DNA from: Calditrichia bacterium
GTDB lineage: Bacteria; Calditrichota; Calditrichia; JAJRVZ01
Assembly (NCBI GenBank): GCA_963777955.1
Contig: CAVZSQ010000003.1
Location: 184,753-248,752 of the forward strand
Length of the DNA: 64,000 nt
Direction: 5' to 3'
Part shown: in pieces, positions 1 through 10,189 of the stretch
Position numbering within the stretch: the stretch's first letter is position 1
Layout of the letters: every line of letters begins with the position of its first letter
Notes under the pieces: model-generated
The model's input: only the letters and a program-made list of their open reading frames with translations
Told to the model about the DNA's origin: nothing
Databases searched by the model: none
Position numbers and translations under genes: made by a program

Positions 1-1545
1 CGTTCAATGAGTCCCCTGATTTCGATAAACATTTCCAGAAATTTGTCGAACTCCGCTTTCAGGGTATGCATCAATCCCGGATCCGCTTGCTGTTGAGTTC
101 GTAAGCTGGCTAATAATTCTTCCAGGGCATGTGCCTGCCTGGCGATGAAATCCAGTTCCAGCATGCCGGCATTCCCTTTGACGCAGTGCACGGAGCGATA
201 GATCTCGTCAATGGCGCCCGGGAGGAAGTCAGACACCAGCAGTTCCTGCACATGTGATAATTCTTCGTTGGAACTGCGCATAAATTCGTCCAGCATCTGG
301 CCGTCCACGTTGAGTATGGCAAAAAGCCATTCCATCTGCCGTTTGCTCTGCTCTTTTGACTTTTCAAGATTTCTGGCCAGCTCGACCTGTTGGGTTATAT
401 CGTTGGCCGAAACGATGATTTCATTGATAATTTTATCTGTCTCGATGCGACGAAAATTAAAGGTGAGGTATTTGGTTTGAACCTGGTCGTGATCAGTCCG
501 TATCCGCAACTTTATTTCATTGAGCGGATTTAGATTTTCCATTGTGGTTTCATCGACCCCGGGATCGAAAAGCAGTTTCAGATAATCACCGCAGGTTAGA
601 AAGATTTTTTCTTCGATTTTATCCCGCAGGTAGTCAATTATATTTATTCCGGCCAGGGATTTACGAGCGAAGATCTCTTCCAGGGCGGACGAATACTGGG
701 AAGCGATCGCATAGTTCCGGTCAAGTAAAAACAATCCGTCCTTGACATTGTTCAAAATATTATCGGTATCTTTCTTTGCCGTAATCAGGTCCAAATTGCG
801 TTGCTGCAGCCGCTCTTCAATTTTTTTTCTTTCTTTTAATTCATCCTGCAGGTGCTGGAACAAGCGGGCATTCTCGATGGCGATTGCCGCCTGATTGGCG
901 ATAGTGGTAAGTAAATTGATATGTTCTTCCTGGTAGACATGATCGTAATTGTAACTTTGGACCACCAGAGCGCCAAGCGCTTTGCCGGCATAGATCAGCG
1001 GAACGCCGGCGCAGGCTTTGGCTTTTTTGTCTCCGGACACAATTCCCAGGGTCCGGTAGGTTTTCTGCGGATCGCTCTTAATCAGGAGGGGTTTTTGAGT
1101 GCGGATTATATATTCCGTACGGCCATTAGCAAATTTTCTGGTGATTTCCTCTTCGCGCTGCCGGCGGCCGTTCAGAACGTCAAAAATAACCTCTAATTCA
1201 TTGCGGGTAGAATCGTACAGGGCTATATAGAAGGCGGATACTTCCATGATGCGGACGGTCTGGTTGTAAATCAGTTCGATGAGTTCATTGATATCGATCG
1301 CCGAACTCAGAGCCCGCCCGATTTCATTTAAGGTGGCCAGGTCCTGTATGCGCTGGTGGAGGGTTTCTGCTGTTTCTTTTTCCTTTTCGATTTCCAGCAG
1401 TAAGGATTTGGTTTTCTGATTTACTTCTTTGGCAAATTTCTGGCGTTGATCTTTAAGTATCCTGATCCGGGATCGTAAAAGTATCCAGACCACCGGAATG
1501 GCGATGAACAGCAGGGCGACAAGAATCCAACCATGAATTGTCATA
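1..1545 (-). CDS. Signal-transduction protein with N-terminal TM helix, GAF-like domain, coiled coil and HPt (histidine phosphotransfer) domain; the C-terminus runs off the window start. It is not in the ORF track because no stop falls inside the window.
   Basis: Manual reverse-complement translation from the ATG at 1543-1545 gives MTIHGWILVALLFIAIPVVW (TM) ... GAF-like stretch (ALGALVVQSYNY..LLTTIANQAAIAIENARL) ... SVHCVKGNAGMLEL (HPt HxxKG motif, CheA-P1/ArcB-like). The frame stays open to position 1. Confidence 0.6.
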
Positions 1546-1730
1546 CAAGTCTGCTCTTTATAATGATTATGAACTTAATTCAAAAACTACATCTGGTATC
1601 TATATTCGTATAAAGATACAAATATTTTAATAAATATTGAAAATAATTCTAACTGCGCCCGGGGGTTGATGATTAATTCTATGATCGGGAGTATATTTCG
1701 CGGTGGGGAAGAATGAATCGGCAGATGTGA

Positions 1731-2273
1731 TCAATCGTGTTCGAAGATATAGCCGAGCCGGTGATTAAGCGGGTTATCCGGTTCACAGTCATCCCAACGA
1801 TCGCCGATGAGACCTCCGGCCTTGAAGAAGCGAAGGCGATTCTGATCGATATTACCAAGATCGCCGGGCTGACCGGTCTCCCAGTTGGTGTAAACAAAGG
1901 GTTCGTCAGTGACCCACCGCCAACCCTCGTCCGGTCCCTGGGCACCGTCTGGCTGATATCCTCCCAGCCATGGACCCAGCCCGTTATCAAAGGCGTCGAG
2001 GAACCAAAAAGCGCTATCGTCTTTAACCAGGCTGAAAACAAAGGCATTCTCTGGCGCAGAGGTGATTGTCACCAGATGACCGCCGCGGGCAAGGCAACTG
2101 TCTTGGGCCTGATCCCATGACAAGCCTGGTGCCAGCACTGCTTCATAGCAATGGCCGTTACCCCACTGCACCGTTCCAGCCGGACAGTCTGTATCAGCAG
2201 GGTTAGTGGAGTCTTCAGCGCAGCTGACCAGCATGAACAGGAACAGTCCCGGAATGCAGATAGTTTTCCACAT
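1731..2273 (-). CDS. Lipoprotein with a C-type lectin-like domain
   Basis: ORF-track entry 1731..2372; the likely start is the internal MWKTICIPGLFLFMLVSC (signal peptide plus lipobox LVSC). CTLD-like motifs WTDEPFVYTNW, WDDCEPD, LGYIFE. Confidence 0.55.
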   Translation of the reverse strand: MWKTICIPGLFLFMLVSCAEDSTNPADTDCPAGTVQWGNGHCYEAVLAPGLSWDQAQDSCLARGGHLVTITSAPENAFVFSLVKDDSAFWFLDAFDNGLGPWLGGYQPDGAQGPDEGWRWVTDEPFVYTNWETGQPGDLGNIDQNRLRFFKAGGLIGDRWDDCEPDNPLNHRLGYIFEHD

Positions 2274-2677
2274 CTTATCATCCTTTCTTCGATTTGATTC
2301 AATTATTATGTGGATCAGTAACCTGAGTTTAAAATTCTTTGAGTCGCCAAATATATTATTAAGCAGAATCACTCTACTTAAAAAATAGAATTTTATTAAA
2401 AATTACCTATTCATCTATCTCAGATCTTATTGATTTGACTATTTCTGCACCTATCCACAAGAAAAACCATCATCTGGAAGGCATCGTGATCTAAATGTGT
2501 TCTGATTTTACATATACAATATAAAAAATATAAATGAGGTGTAAAATAAAAAATATGCACTTATGATAAATCCCAATCACCAAATCCCAAATTCCAATGA
2601 TCAAGTAGCAATTTGACAATTGCTGTTTGATTATTGTGATTTGATTTTTGGAATTTGAAAATTACCTGAAGGGTTAG

Positions 2678-2752
2678 TGGGCGGGACAGGGATCGAACCT
2701 GTGACCTCCTGCTTGTAAGGCAGGCGCTCTAAACCAGCTGAGCTACTCGCCC
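2678..2752 (-). tRNA. tRNA-Val (anticodon TAC)
   Basis: The reverse complement GGGCGAGTAGCTCAGCTGGTTTAGAGCGCCTGCCTTACAAGCAGGAGGTCACAGGTTCGATCCCTGTCCCGCCCA folds as a cloverleaf. The anticodon loop CUUACAA gives UAC, the T-loop is GGTTCGATCC, and the acceptor stem has one A.C mismatch. No CCA is encoded. Confidence 0.85.
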
Positions 2753-2758
2753 AATCAA

Positions 2759-3010
2759 TTACGAAAGGGGATTTTCGTCCTTTTTTTCTTTTTTGCGGCC
2801 GTACAAGATCGCATACGGTATTATGATCACATAGGCCAGCACCACCACGATCGGCGCCAGGGTCTTGGACATGAACCCATTCACCGGCGGTTGGGCCATC
2901 AGAATATATCCGATCACCAGAACCGCTAATCCAATCCCTAATATATATAAATTCTTTTTACCGAAAGGTAATCCCTGTGCTGCTGCCGGACGTTTTACTA
3001 ACTTCGCCAT
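2759..3010 (-). CDS. Small two-TM membrane protein (DUF3098-like)
   Basis: ORF 2759..3064; the plausible start is MAKLVKRPAAAQGLPFGKKN at 3010, followed by two hydrophobic helices and a KKEKK tail. Confidence 0.45.
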   Translation of the reverse strand: MAKLVKRPAAAQGLPFGKKNLYILGIGLAVLVIGYILMAQPPVNGFMSKTLAPIVVVLAYVIIIPYAILYGRKKEKKDENPLS

Positions 3011-3073
3011 TTGACCTCGCTGAATTTGAAAAAGAAATATAGTTTTATTACGACTGGAATTCAAGTTATTTTT

Positions 3074-3251
3074 AAAGCAAAGGCACTATAGGCACTAAGG
3101 CACTAAGGCACTAAGGCACTAGAAAGATAAACTTAATTGACTAAAAGTAAATTTAATTGAAATTGATTGCCACAAGGGATGCATCAGATACATTAACCAT
3201 CCACGCTTACTCAGTGCCTAAGTGCCATAGTGCCTCAGTGCCTCTTGCTTT
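3074..3251. repeat. Long imperfect inverted repeat built from tandem GGCACTA(A/T) octamers (4-5 copies per arm) around a ~90 bp AT-rich spacer
   Basis: The left arm aaagcaaaggcactataggcactaaggcactaaggcactaaggcact (3074-3120) is the reverse complement of the right arm agtgcctaagtgccatagtgcctcagtgcctcttgcttt (3213-3251). Confidence 0.8.
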
Positions 3252-3263
3252 AGTATTTTTCCC

Positions 3264-3316
3264 TTGACATATTTCAATAATAGTAGTAAAGTTAGTAACT
3301 ATAAATAGAGTTACTA
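3264..3316 (+). promoter_or_regulatory. Sigma70-type promoter (TTGACA-17-TAAAGT) for the GH13 gene, with a perfect 8-8-8 palindrome TAGTAACT-ataaatag-AGTTACTA over the predicted transcription start and RBS region
   Basis: Read directly: -35 TTGACA at 3264-3269, -10 TAAAGT at 3287-3292, palindrome at 3293-3316, ATG at 3319. Confidence 0.5.
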
Positions 3317-3318
3317 CC

Positions 3319-5175
3319 ATGATGCTAAAGTATAATCCTCTATTTCAAGCATTTATATATTTATTAACCGTAAGCCTGAATTCAGCACTACCGGCACAAG
3401 CAGCAGTTGATTCCACTTACCCGCAGTGGGTCCGGGATGCGGTATTCTACCAGATTTTTCCGGAACGATTCCGCAACGGCGATCCTGACAACGATCCCAC
3501 TGTTGCCGATCTCAAAGGGGCCTGGCCGCGGGATCCGATTACCGAATGGTCGGTCAGCCCCTGGACCTCCGACTGGTATAAACTGCAACCGTGGGAAGAA
3601 AAAAACGGCCGGGGATTTTACTACAATGCCCAGCTGCGCCGCTATGGCGGAGATCTGCAGGGGATTATCGATAAACTAGATTACCTGGCCGAGCTGGGCA
3701 TTACGGCCATCTACCTGAATCCTGTCTTTGAATCCCCTTCCCTGCATAAATACGATGCGGCCAGTTACCACCATATTGACGATAACTTTGGTCCCGATCC
3801 GCAGGGGGATAAACAGTTGATCAGTACCGAGAATCCTGCCGATCCAACCACCTGGCTGTGGAGCAGCGCCGATAAACTGTTTCTGGAATTCCTGAAACAG
3901 GCTCATCAACGTAATATTAAAGTGATCATCGATGGGGTCTTCAATCATGTGGGTACCATTTTCTGGGCTTTCAGGGATGTGCACAAGAACGGCCAATTGT
4001 CCCCGTACAAAGACTGGTTTATCGTCAAATCCTGGGATGATCCGGCCACGCCGCAGGATGAATTCGATTATGCCGGCTGGATGGGGGTCAAAGACCTGCC
4101 CGAATTCCGCGAAGATGAAAACGGTATCGTGCCAGGACCACGGCAACACATCTTCACCGTTATCAAACGCTGGATGGATCCCGACGGCGATGGCAATCCG
4201 GCCGATGGTATCGATGGCTGGCGCCTGGACGTGGCCGAACAGGTGAGCCATAATTTCTGGAAAGAATTCCGCACAGTGGTCAAAAAAATTAATCCACAGG
4301 CCTATATCACCGCCGAATTGTTCTGGGATGACTGGAAAAATAATAAATTGATGGATCCCACCCCCTGGCTGCAGGGGGATCAGTATGACGGGGTGATGAA
4401 TTACCGCTGGGCCGCGGCCTGTTCAGAATACTTTATCAATAAGCAGAAAAAAATTTCCGCAACTCAATTTATCGACAAATTGAAATTTCTGGAATCCACG
4501 ATCCCTGTAGCAACCAATTATGTACTTTTAAATTTGCTGGATTCCCACGATACCGACCGCCTGAGTTCCCATATCCTCAATCCGGACCTGATCTATGATA
4601 AAATGATTTCGGTCAACGATAACCGGGCTTACGATGTGCGCAAACCCAATGAACAGGAACTGCAGATTCAGAAATTAATGGCGCTGTTCCAATTGACCTT
4701 TTCCGGTTCACCGATGATCTATTACGGCACGGAAGCCTGCATGTGGGGCGCCGATGATCCCGATGAACGCAAGCCGATGGTCTGGCCGGATTTAAACTAT
4801 GAAACTGAAACCACTCACCCTTTTGGACGCAGTCGTCCTGCTGATCCGGTATCATTTGACCAGAATTTATTCGACTATTACAAACAGCTCACGACTATAC
4901 GCAAGCAGCATGAAGTGCTGCGGCGCGGGAACTGGAACCTGCGGCTGGCCGATGATTCGCGCGATATCCTGATACTGGAAAGAAATTATCAAAGCCAGAC
5001 TTATCTGGTGGTTATTAACAATGCAGATCATGCTCAGCAGATCAATATCGAACTTACCGGTAATTTGAAATCCCAAAATTATTGTGAATTAATCAGTAAC
5101 AGTACAATAAAGTGCAAAAAAGGCAGATTATCCCTTTCCCTGAATAAAAAAAGCGGAATGATATTGCAGCCATAA
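3319..5175 (+). CDS. Secreted GH13 alpha-amylase-family glycoside hydrolase (neopullulanase/cyclomaltodextrinase-like)
   Basis: Signal peptide MMLKYNPLFQAFIYLLTVSLNSALPAQA. GH13 hallmarks DAVFYQIFPERFRNGDPDND, VIIDGVFNHVG, GWRLDVAEQV, FSGSPMIYYGTE. Confidence 0.8.
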   Translation: MMLKYNPLFQAFIYLLTVSLNSALPAQAAVDSTYPQWVRDAVFYQIFPERFRNGDPDNDPTVADLKGAWPRDPITEWSVSPWTSDWYKLQPWEEKNGRGFYYNAQLRRYGGDLQGIIDKLDYLAELGITAIYLNPVFESPSLHKYDAASYHHIDDNFGPDPQGDKQLISTENPADPTTWLWSSADKLFLEFLKQAHQRNIKVIIDGVFNHVGTIFWAFRDVHKNGQLSPYKDWFIVKSWDDPATPQDEFDYAGWMGVKDLPEFREDENGIVPGPRQHIFTVIKRWMDPDGDGNPADGIDGWRLDVAEQVSHNFWKEFRTVVKKINPQAYITAELFWDDWKNNKLMDPTPWLQGDQYDGVMNYRWAAACSEYFINKQKKISATQFIDKLKFLESTIPVATNYVLLNLLDSHDTDRLSSHILNPDLIYDKMISVNDNRAYDVRKPNEQELQIQKLMALFQLTFSGSPMIYYGTEACMWGADDPDERKPMVWPDLNYETETTHPFGRSRPADPVSFDQNLFDYYKQLTTIRKQHEVLRRGNWNLRLADDSRDILILERNYQSQTYLVVINNADHAQQINIELTGNLKSQNYCELISNSTIKCKKGRLSLSLNKKSGMILQP

Positions 5176-5313
5176 CTCTCCCCTATATCCCCTCCCTTAT
5201 CCCCTCGATCCTTCGACCTGGCTCAGGACAGGCTACGCTCGGGGACCGGTGAGGGGACTAAGGAGTGAGTCAGGAGTGAGTTAAGGCCGGATTAATAGCA
5301 GAAGGAGACTACT

Positions 5314-7125
5314 ATGACAACTCTGGATTATGCAATCGTCGTGGTTTACTTAGTCGGCATGGTTTTTATCGGATTCTATCATCAGCGCAAGGCTTCCAAA
5401 GGTATCGATTCTTATTTTCTGGCCGACCGCGGTTTACCCTGGTGGGCGCTGGGTGCTTCCGGTATGGCTGCTAACCTGGACGTCAGCGGCACCATGATCA
5501 ATACTGCCTTCATCTTTGCCCTGGGCGCCAGCGGATTTTTTATCGAGATCCGGGGCGGAGTTACCCTGATCCTGGCCTTCCTGATGATCTTCCAGGGAAA
5601 ATGGAACCGGCGCGCCCTGGTCATGACCCTGGCCGAGTGGATGCATTTCCGCTTTGGCAAGGAAAGACAGGGGGATGTGGCCCGGCTGATCGCGGCGATT
5701 TCCATCATCATAGTCACTATCGCGATGATTACCTATTTTGCCATCGGCTCGGGTAAATTTATCGGTGAATTTCTGGGCATCCCTGCTTTCTGGGGACTGT
5801 CTTCCGAATTCTGGGCAGCCATGCTGATGATCGTATTATCCATGATCTACACGGTGGCCAGCGGTCTGTATGGTGTGGTCTGGACCGATGTGGCCCAGGG
5901 GGTACTGATTTTTGCCATGATTTTTGTAGTCTGCTTTCTGGCTTTTGTCAATTTCAATCTTCCCGATACTTTTCAGGTTTCGGTACCACTGCGTGATGGC
6001 GGATTCATGGCTTTAAATACGACTAAAGAAGCCTGGACCAGTGTAATTCCATCCTGGACCCTGGATATGCCGGAACAGTCCATGTACTCGATTTATAATT
6101 TATTCGGTATAGCCATTTTATTCTATTTATTGAAAGTCACCATTGAAGGCAGCGGCGGAACGAGTCAATATATGGTTCAGCGTTTCTTCGCCTCGCGCAG
6201 CGACCGTGAATCAGGTCTGCTCACTTTATTCTGGACTTTTTTATTGTCATTCCGCTGGCCGTTTATCGCTTCAATCGCCGTGATGGGTGTGGCCTGGGGA
6301 GTAACCCAGGGGGTAATCGCCGATCCGGAAACAGTGCTGCCATCGGTGGTCAATCGCATGGTGCCGCTTGGTTTGAAAGGATTACTGGTGGCCGGACTGA
6401 TGGCGGCGGCAATGTCGACATTCTCGCCGACAGTCAATGCCGGTGCCGCCTACTGGGTCAAAGATATTTATCAAACTTACCTCAATCCAAAAGCTACCGA
6501 AAAGCAATTATTACTCCACAGCCGCTGGTCCTCCATCATAATTGTAGCCTGTGGATTATTCTTTATGCTGGCGATAAGAAATATAAATGAAATCTGGGGC
6601 TGGATCACCTCCAGCCTGGGGGCGGGGATGCTGATCCCGACTCTGGCCCGCTGGTACTGGTGGCGGATGAATGGTTATGGATTCGCCGCCGGAACGGTTG
6701 CGGGCATGGGGGTGGCAGTAATCCAGAAAATATTCCTGCCGGATATACCCGAATATTTTTCCTTTATCATAGCCACGGTCTCTTCATTGCTGGGTATGAT
6801 TATCGGAACCTATGCGGCCAAACCGACCGATGAGCAAGTTCTGCTGGAGTTTTATAAACGCACCCGTCCATTTGGATTCTGGGGTCCTGTCCGCCGAAGG
6901 ATTCCCCAGGAAACTATGGCCAAGATAAACAAAGAAAATCATAGAGATATTCTTTCCACTTTCTTTGCCGTACCCTGGCAAATCGTGCTGTTTTTAACCG
7001 GCATGACTTTTATTATGAAGCGCTGGGATCAGTTTGTGTGGATCCTGGGGGCGCTGATAATTCTTTCGGTAGCCCTTTATTTCAACTGGTTCCGCCACCT
7101 GTCCAAGGAGGTTAAAGTAGACTGA
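5314..7125 (+). CDS. Sodium:solute symporter family (SSF) transporter, probable sugar uptake
   Basis: 603 aa with about 13 predicted TM helices. The N-terminus MTTLDYAIVVVYLVGMVFIGFY...KGIDSYFLADRGLPWWALGAS is typical of SSF/SGLT transporters. The TGA stop overlaps the next ATG (ctgATG). Confidence 0.75.
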   Translation: MTTLDYAIVVVYLVGMVFIGFYHQRKASKGIDSYFLADRGLPWWALGASGMAANLDVSGTMINTAFIFALGASGFFIEIRGGVTLILAFLMIFQGKWNRRALVMTLAEWMHFRFGKERQGDVARLIAAISIIIVTIAMITYFAIGSGKFIGEFLGIPAFWGLSSEFWAAMLMIVLSMIYTVASGLYGVVWTDVAQGVLIFAMIFVVCFLAFVNFNLPDTFQVSVPLRDGGFMALNTTKEAWTSVIPSWTLDMPEQSMYSIYNLFGIAILFYLLKVTIEGSGGTSQYMVQRFFASRSDRESGLLTLFWTFLLSFRWPFIASIAVMGVAWGVTQGVIADPETVLPSVVNRMVPLGLKGLLVAGLMAAAMSTFSPTVNAGAAYWVKDIYQTYLNPKATEKQLLLHSRWSSIIIVACGLFFMLAIRNINEIWGWITSSLGAGMLIPTLARWYWWRMNGYGFAAGTVAGMGVAVIQKIFLPDIPEYFSFIIATVSSLLGMIIGTYAAKPTDEQVLLEFYKRTRPFGFWGPVRRRIPQETMAKINKENHRDILSTFFAVPWQIVLFLTGMTFIMKRWDQFVWILGALIILSVALYFNWFRHLSKEVKVD

Positions 7126-8394
7126 TGTTTCGGGGCAGGAAAGATCATACAGGATTATTCATCAGGATCGCCGGGATTTTACTAGGCTGCCTGATTTTAT
7201 CCTTATTATCCTGCCAGCACGACGCTAAAAAGAGAATGATCGTCTGGACCTCCTTCCGGCCGGTGGAAAGGGAATACCTGCAACAGGAATTGGATGAATT
7301 CGGTGCGAAATTTCCGGATTATACCTTCAGCCAATTGTTCTATGCACCGGAGGAGTTGCGTACTAACTTCAGTATAACTGCTCTGGCCGGGAAAGGACCG
7401 GCGCTGATACACTATGCCAGTGATATCATCGGTCCCTTGTCGGAGCTGCAGGTCATACGGCCTCTGGAAGATATTTTTGATGCTCAGTTTTTGTCTGAGT
7501 TCATCCAACAACCTATTGTCGCCAATACGATTTTTCAGGGACATCTGTACCAAATTGCCGACCGGGTCGGAAACCATCTCTGCCTGGTTTACAACAAGAC
7601 GATGATCAATCCGCCGCCAAAGAGCATGCGCGAATTAATCAGCCGCGGCAAGGATCTGGTCAAAGACGTAAATAGTGATGGCCGCATTGATTATTATGCC
7701 CTGGCCTGGAATTATACCGAACCGGCTTTTGCTGTTCCGTTTATCGGCGGCTATGGCGGTTGGATCATTGATCAGAATAACCGGCCGACGCTGAATACTC
7801 CGGCAGTACGGCAGGCAGCGCAGTTAATCTATGACCTGGCCAATAAATACAAGATCATCCCGGCCGAGTGCGACTATGAAACAGCTGAATGCGCTTTTTA
7901 TGGACGGGCGGGTGGCCATGATCATAAACGGTCCCTGGTCCTGGGGAACCTATCTGAAAAGCGGTATCGATATTGGACTGGCCCGCATACCTAAAATCGA
8001 TCAAACCGGTCTATGGCCTTCACCCATGGTTTTTCCGATGGGTTATTGTGTAAACATCAATTTGAAAGGCCGGGACCTGGAAGTTGCCAGAGAACTGGTA
8101 ATACATTTGACCTCGGCACGGGTACAAATGAAATTAGCCCGGGAATTCAGGATCATTCCTTCGCGCACGGTGGAAATGAACAGCGCTGAACTGCGCCGGG
8201 ATGAATTGTTCGTGAATAATGTTGACCAGATGATGGTCGGCAAGCCAATGCCGGTGATAACCGAGATGCGCTGGATCTGGGATGCCATGCGTCCGGCCTA
8301 CCAGGGTATTTTCACCAACCAGATTTCACCGCAACAGGCGGCTGCGGAGATGCAGCGCCTGGCTGAAAAATTAATTGCTGAAAACCGGGAATAA
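7125..8394 (+). pseudogene. malE: MalE-like ABC maltose/maltodextrin-binding lipoprotein, split by a +1 frameshift in a T5 run (7895-7899). It is either a pseudogene or a sequence error.
   Basis: ORF 7125..7994 (lipobox LLSC ... DYETAECAF) and ORF 7831..8394 (MDGRVAMIINGPWSWGTY...) together match the MalE pattern [24 protein letters not shown]. Deleting one T of ttttt restores ...ECAFMDGRVAMIINGPWSW... Confidence 0.75.
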
Positions 8395-8424
8395 AAAATT
8401 TAATTACACGGAAATCTGCGACAG

Positions 8425-9321
8425 ATGAATTCGTCCGATTCTGCCTTTAATAACAGAAAACTGATTCTGCTATATACCGCACCGGCGATTATTGTAATGG
8501 CCGTAGTGGTGGTTTATCCATTTCTGTATAATATTGTTCTATCATTTTCCAATATGAATCTGACCCATTTCCGCGACTGGTCTTTGAAGGGATTTGGAAA
8601 TTACGGGAGTGTGCTGGCAGACCGTTCTTTCTGGTATTTTTTTGGTAAGACCTGTTTGTGGACGGTATTGAATCTGATTTTTCATGTCGGCATCGGAGTA
8701 TCGCTGGCCCTGATCCTGAATAAGGATATCAAGGGAAAATCCATTTACCGGACACTATTGATTCTGCCCTGGGCCGTGCCGCAGTATATTACTGCTCTGA
8801 CCTGGCGCGGTATGTTCAATTCCGAGTACGGAGCAATTAATATATTGATAGAAAAAGTTTCTGGGCTGCATATTTCCTGGTTGTCGACAGAATGGGGTGC
8901 ATTCACCGCCTGTTTGATCACCAATATCTGGCTGGGCTTCCCGTTCATGATGATCGTGGCACTGGGCGGATTGCAGAGCATTTCCGATTCGTATTACGAA
9001 GCAGCGGAGTCAGAAGGGGCTAGTGCCTGGCAGAAGTTCTGGAATATTACCGTGCCGCTGCTGAAACCGGTCATGGTTCCGGCTATCATTCTCGGAGTGA
9101 TCTGGACCTTTAATAATTTCAACGTAGTCTGGCTGGTCAGTAACGGCGGGGAGCCCTCCGATACGACCCATATTCTGGTCAGCTGGGTCTACAAAGCAGC
9201 CTTTACCTATTTCCGGCTCGGCTACGCGGCAGCCTTTTCAATGATCATTTTTGCCATACTGTTTATTTTCAGCTGGCGTTTTATCAAAATCAGCCGCGCA
9301 GCTGAAAGTATTTATGGCTGA
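8425..9321 (+). CDS. ABC sugar transporter permease (MalF/UgpA-like)
   Basis: Six TM helices and an EAA-like loop (SDSYYEAAESEGASAWQKFWNITVPLLKP). Confidence 0.8.
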   Translation: MNSSDSAFNNRKLILLYTAPAIIVMAVVVVYPFLYNIVLSFSNMNLTHFRDWSLKGFGNYGSVLADRSFWYFFGKTCLWTVLNLIFHVGIGVSLALILNKDIKGKSIYRTLLILPWAVPQYITALTWRGMFNSEYGAINILIEKVSGLHISWLSTEWGAFTACLITNIWLGFPFMMIVALGGLQSISDSYYEAAESEGASAWQKFWNITVPLLKPVMVPAIILGVIWTFNNFNVVWLVSNGGEPSDTTHILVSWVYKAAFTYFRLGYAAAFSMIIFAILFIFSWRFIKISRAAESIYG

Positions 9322-9340
9322 GTATTCAGATTAGAGCGAA

Positions 9341-10189
9341 ATGAAGAGAAAGAATCCAAGAGATTTATCATTTACGGGCAGAATCGGAGCCTATCTGACA
9401 CTGACCCTGTTCAGTTTATTCGCGATTTATCCGATACTGTGCGTCTTTTCAATTTCCTTGAGACCGGGGGATAAATTACTCAGCCGCTCCCTGGCCATCA
9501 TACCGGACCAGGCTACCTTTGTTTCGTACGTGCGCTTATTTACCGAGCAGCCGTTTTTACGCTGGATGATGAACAGTCTGATCATTTCCGGGGTGGTTAC
9601 GCTGGTGGGAGTCGGGTTAGCTGCCACGGCCGGCTATTCATTTTCACGTTATAAATTCAGGGGACGGCAGGCTTCATTGCTGGGCATCATTACCACGCAG
9701 ATGTTTCCGGTGACTATGTTGCTGCTGCCCATGTTCATCATGCTGATCAAACTGGGGTTGTACGATTCGTACCTGGGTTTGATTATCGCCTATTCGGCCA
9801 CGGCTTTACCCTTTACCATCTGGCAAATGAAAGGGTATTACGACACGATTCCTTACAGCCTGGAAGAGGCCGCCATGATCGATGGAGCAGGGCCCATCTA
9901 TTCTTTCTGGCGGATTATTTTGCCGCTGGCTTTGCCGGCCCTGGCGATCACCGCCCTGTTCTCTTTTATGTCGGCCTGGTCGGAGTACCTGGTGGCAGCC
10001 GTATTGCTGCAGGACCAGAGTTTGTATACCCTGCCAATCGGATTGAAGCAGTTCACTTCCAACATGGAAGTAGCCTGGGGCTTGTACTCGGCGGCGGCGC
10101 TGCTGGTATCGGTTCCCGTGGTGGTGCTGTTTTTATTTCTCAGCCGCTGGCTGATATCCGGATTGACACTGGGGAGTGTGAAAGGATGA
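9341..10189 (+). CDS. ABC sugar transporter permease (MalG/UgpE-like)
   Basis: EAA motif LEEAAMIDGAGPIYSFWRIILPLALPAL, six TM helices. The stop overlaps the next gene's start (ATGA). Confidence 0.8.
   Translation: MKRKNPRDLSFTGRIGAYLTLTLFSLFAIYPILCVFSISLRPGDKLLSRSLAIIPDQATFVSYVRLFTEQPFLRWMMNSLIISGVVTLVGVGLAATAGYSFSRYKFRGRQASLLGIITTQMFPVTMLLLPMFIMLIKLGLYDSYLGLIIAYSATALPFTIWQMKGYYDTIPYSLEEAAMIDGAGPIYSFWRIILPLALPALAITALFSFMSAWSEYLVAAVLLQDQSLYTLPIGLKQFTSNMEVAWGLYSAAALLVSVPVVVLFLFLSRWLISGLTLGSVKG

Noticed and set aside
3388-4283. Many 60-190-aa ORFs from the six-frame track, for example 3388..3588(-), 3676..4251(-), 16186..16605(+), 37124..37513(-), 43570..44163(-)
   Set aside because: They lie antisense to, or out of frame inside, long motif-bearing genes. 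They have no RBS or start context and are low-complexity, so they are treated as spurious.
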